Source: the human T2T-CHM13v2.0 reference genome, Homo sapiens
Direction: 5' to 3' (one strand)
DNA: 64,000 nucleotides
Assembly (NCBI RefSeq): GCF_009914755.1
Contig: NC_060947.1
The notes below the pieces were generated by a model that saw only the letters and a list, made by a program, of their open reading frames with translations, had not been told where the DNA came from and did not search any database. Within the stretch, counting starts at the first letter, position 1. Each line of letters starts with the position of its first letter. This document shows, piece after piece, positions 62,489 through 64,000 of this stretch. The position numbers and the translations under genes are program-made.

Positions 62489-63602
62489 TAAGTTATATAG
62501 CCTGCACTTTCACCCTCACATGTCAGCAGTACAATGATCAGATCCTTGTTTTGAAGAGTTCAATCTGATGGTGTGGGCCAACATGTTTGGAGGAGGGAAG
62601 GAAATGAAAAGTGTGTGTCCTGGTGGTTTTCTTTTTTCCTGGGTAAGCTAAGTCATCATTCACTTTCATATGGCTCTGGCAGATTTTACCAAGTGAAGAC
62701 CCCAGCATAGAGAACTTAGGTGGGATGATGAGCAGCTCTCCCATTTTGGGGAAGACGGTAGTGGGTGGGGTGAAGAGAGCACAGGCCGGGGAGGGTGGAA
62801 GGGGCAGGTTTGAATTGAGTCCCCTCACTGGCTGTTTGTGTTAGTTGCAGAGGTTTCTTAGGAGCCTCCTTCTTTTGCAGGTGTGGGATGGACGGAAGGC
62901 AGGCCTAGCTAGTAGTATTAAATGGGAATGTTCACACAGGGCCTGCAAACTTTGGCCTTCAGTAAAAGTTACTTCTCTTCTTGCTCTGCGATGTCACCAC
63001 TTTTCCTCCCTCAGTTACCGAGCATGCTCTGTTCTTTTTTGAGGGGGCAGGGAGGGGGATCCTGCAACCTAAAGTCTTTCCCTTAATCTCTATAAGGTAT
63101 TGTGCTCGCTCCCTCTTCCCTCTCTTCCTGAGAGAGTGGTCTGTTCTCATGATTTCCACTCATCTGTCTCCTCTGTTAACCACTTATTATCTGCCTTCAT
63201 CTACTGCTGTGCTGCAAAACTTTGCCTGCACGTGAACTGATAACCTCCCACTTGCAGTGTGCTGCCCTTTTTCTCGGCCACCTTGCCCTGCCCTCCCTTT
63301 CTCCCTCTGCTTCATGGCTGTCAGCTCCCCAGCTTCTCTTTCCGCCTGGCCGCCATCTCCTCTCAGCCATCCTTCCTTTGGTAGCTTCTCTCTCTCCTTT
63401 CCCTTTCCCCATGTCAGTTTCACCCCAGGTGAGAGGCCTGCAGGACTCACTGGGGACCTATGTCAAAGTCCCCAGGGCCTACTTCAAACCTTGAGACTCC
63501 TCCGGGGTGGGTTGTGTGTTTTCACACAGCAACCCCAATGCTTTTCTTAGTCCTGCCAGTAGTTACGTTTCAACGAGGTGGTAGGGTATTCTTGTTCTCT
63601 AG

Positions 63603-63822
63603 ACCAGCGTTTCTCAGCCTCGGCCCTATTGATGTTTTGAATCAGATCTTTCTTTGTTGTGGGGCTGCCTGTGCAATATAGGATGTTTAGCAGAATTAGT
63701 GGCCTTCACCCACTAGATGCGGATAACACCTCTTTCCTCAGTTGCAGCAACCAAAATTGTCTCCAGACATTGCCATCTGTTCCCTGTCAGGGCAACATTG
63801 CTCCCACTTGAGACCCACTGCT
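63603..63822 (+). mobile_element. MER20
   Basis: gtttctcagcctcggccctattga...caaccaaaattgtctccagacattgcca...ttgagacccactg. Confidence 0.82.
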
Positions 63823-64000
63823 CTAAGACACATATAACAGGGGCATCACAATCTTTAATGCCAGCGTGCCTTGCAGAGTTATGGAGAGGGTCCAAGTGAC
63901 TTCGGTACATATTTACGACCCTCCTGGAGTAGAGAGAGCATTTCGTGTCTTCAGAAGCACTCCATGTTCTGGAAAGGCCCTTTGAGCCATGTGTGACATC

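Noticed and set aside
62538-63910. Cluster of ORFs after exon 8
   Set aside because: Pyrimidine-rich intron with probable L2 and MER20 sequence; no MSL3-like peptide, so exon 9 lies beyond the window.

Overview
Mammalian (human-like) genomic DNA, no prokaryotic features. From gene content it is very probably Xp22.2 upstream of and including the 5' part of MSL3 (locus assignment from recall, not a search). Layout: (1) a decayed minus-strand processed pseudogene of LIMK2 (~645-4850), interrupted by an Alu and a truncated ERV1 LTR; (2) a full-length, both-ORFs-intact L1HS Ta-1d (5794-11827) with a 14-bp TSD; (3) ~44 kb of repeat-rich intergenic DNA (Alu, FAM, MIR, L2, old L1, CR1, MaLR/ERV LTRs, hAT MERs); (4) the MSL3 CpG island and coding exons 1-8 on the + strand, running off the window. 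The best second-look items are a 128-bp MIR-derived, stop-containing cassette exactly at the LIMK2 exon1/exon2 junction of the retrocopy (candidate fossil poison exon), the L1 antisense promoter aimed into the sense strand of that retrocopy, a ~520-bp inversion reconstructed from a split LTR/Alu, and an AUGA-overlapping uORF plus an internal promoter in MSL3. I found no clearly new biological system; these are hypotheses. Comparisons to LIMK2, L1HS and repeat consensuses are from memory and need alignment; repeat subfamily names and old-repeat boundaries are approximate.
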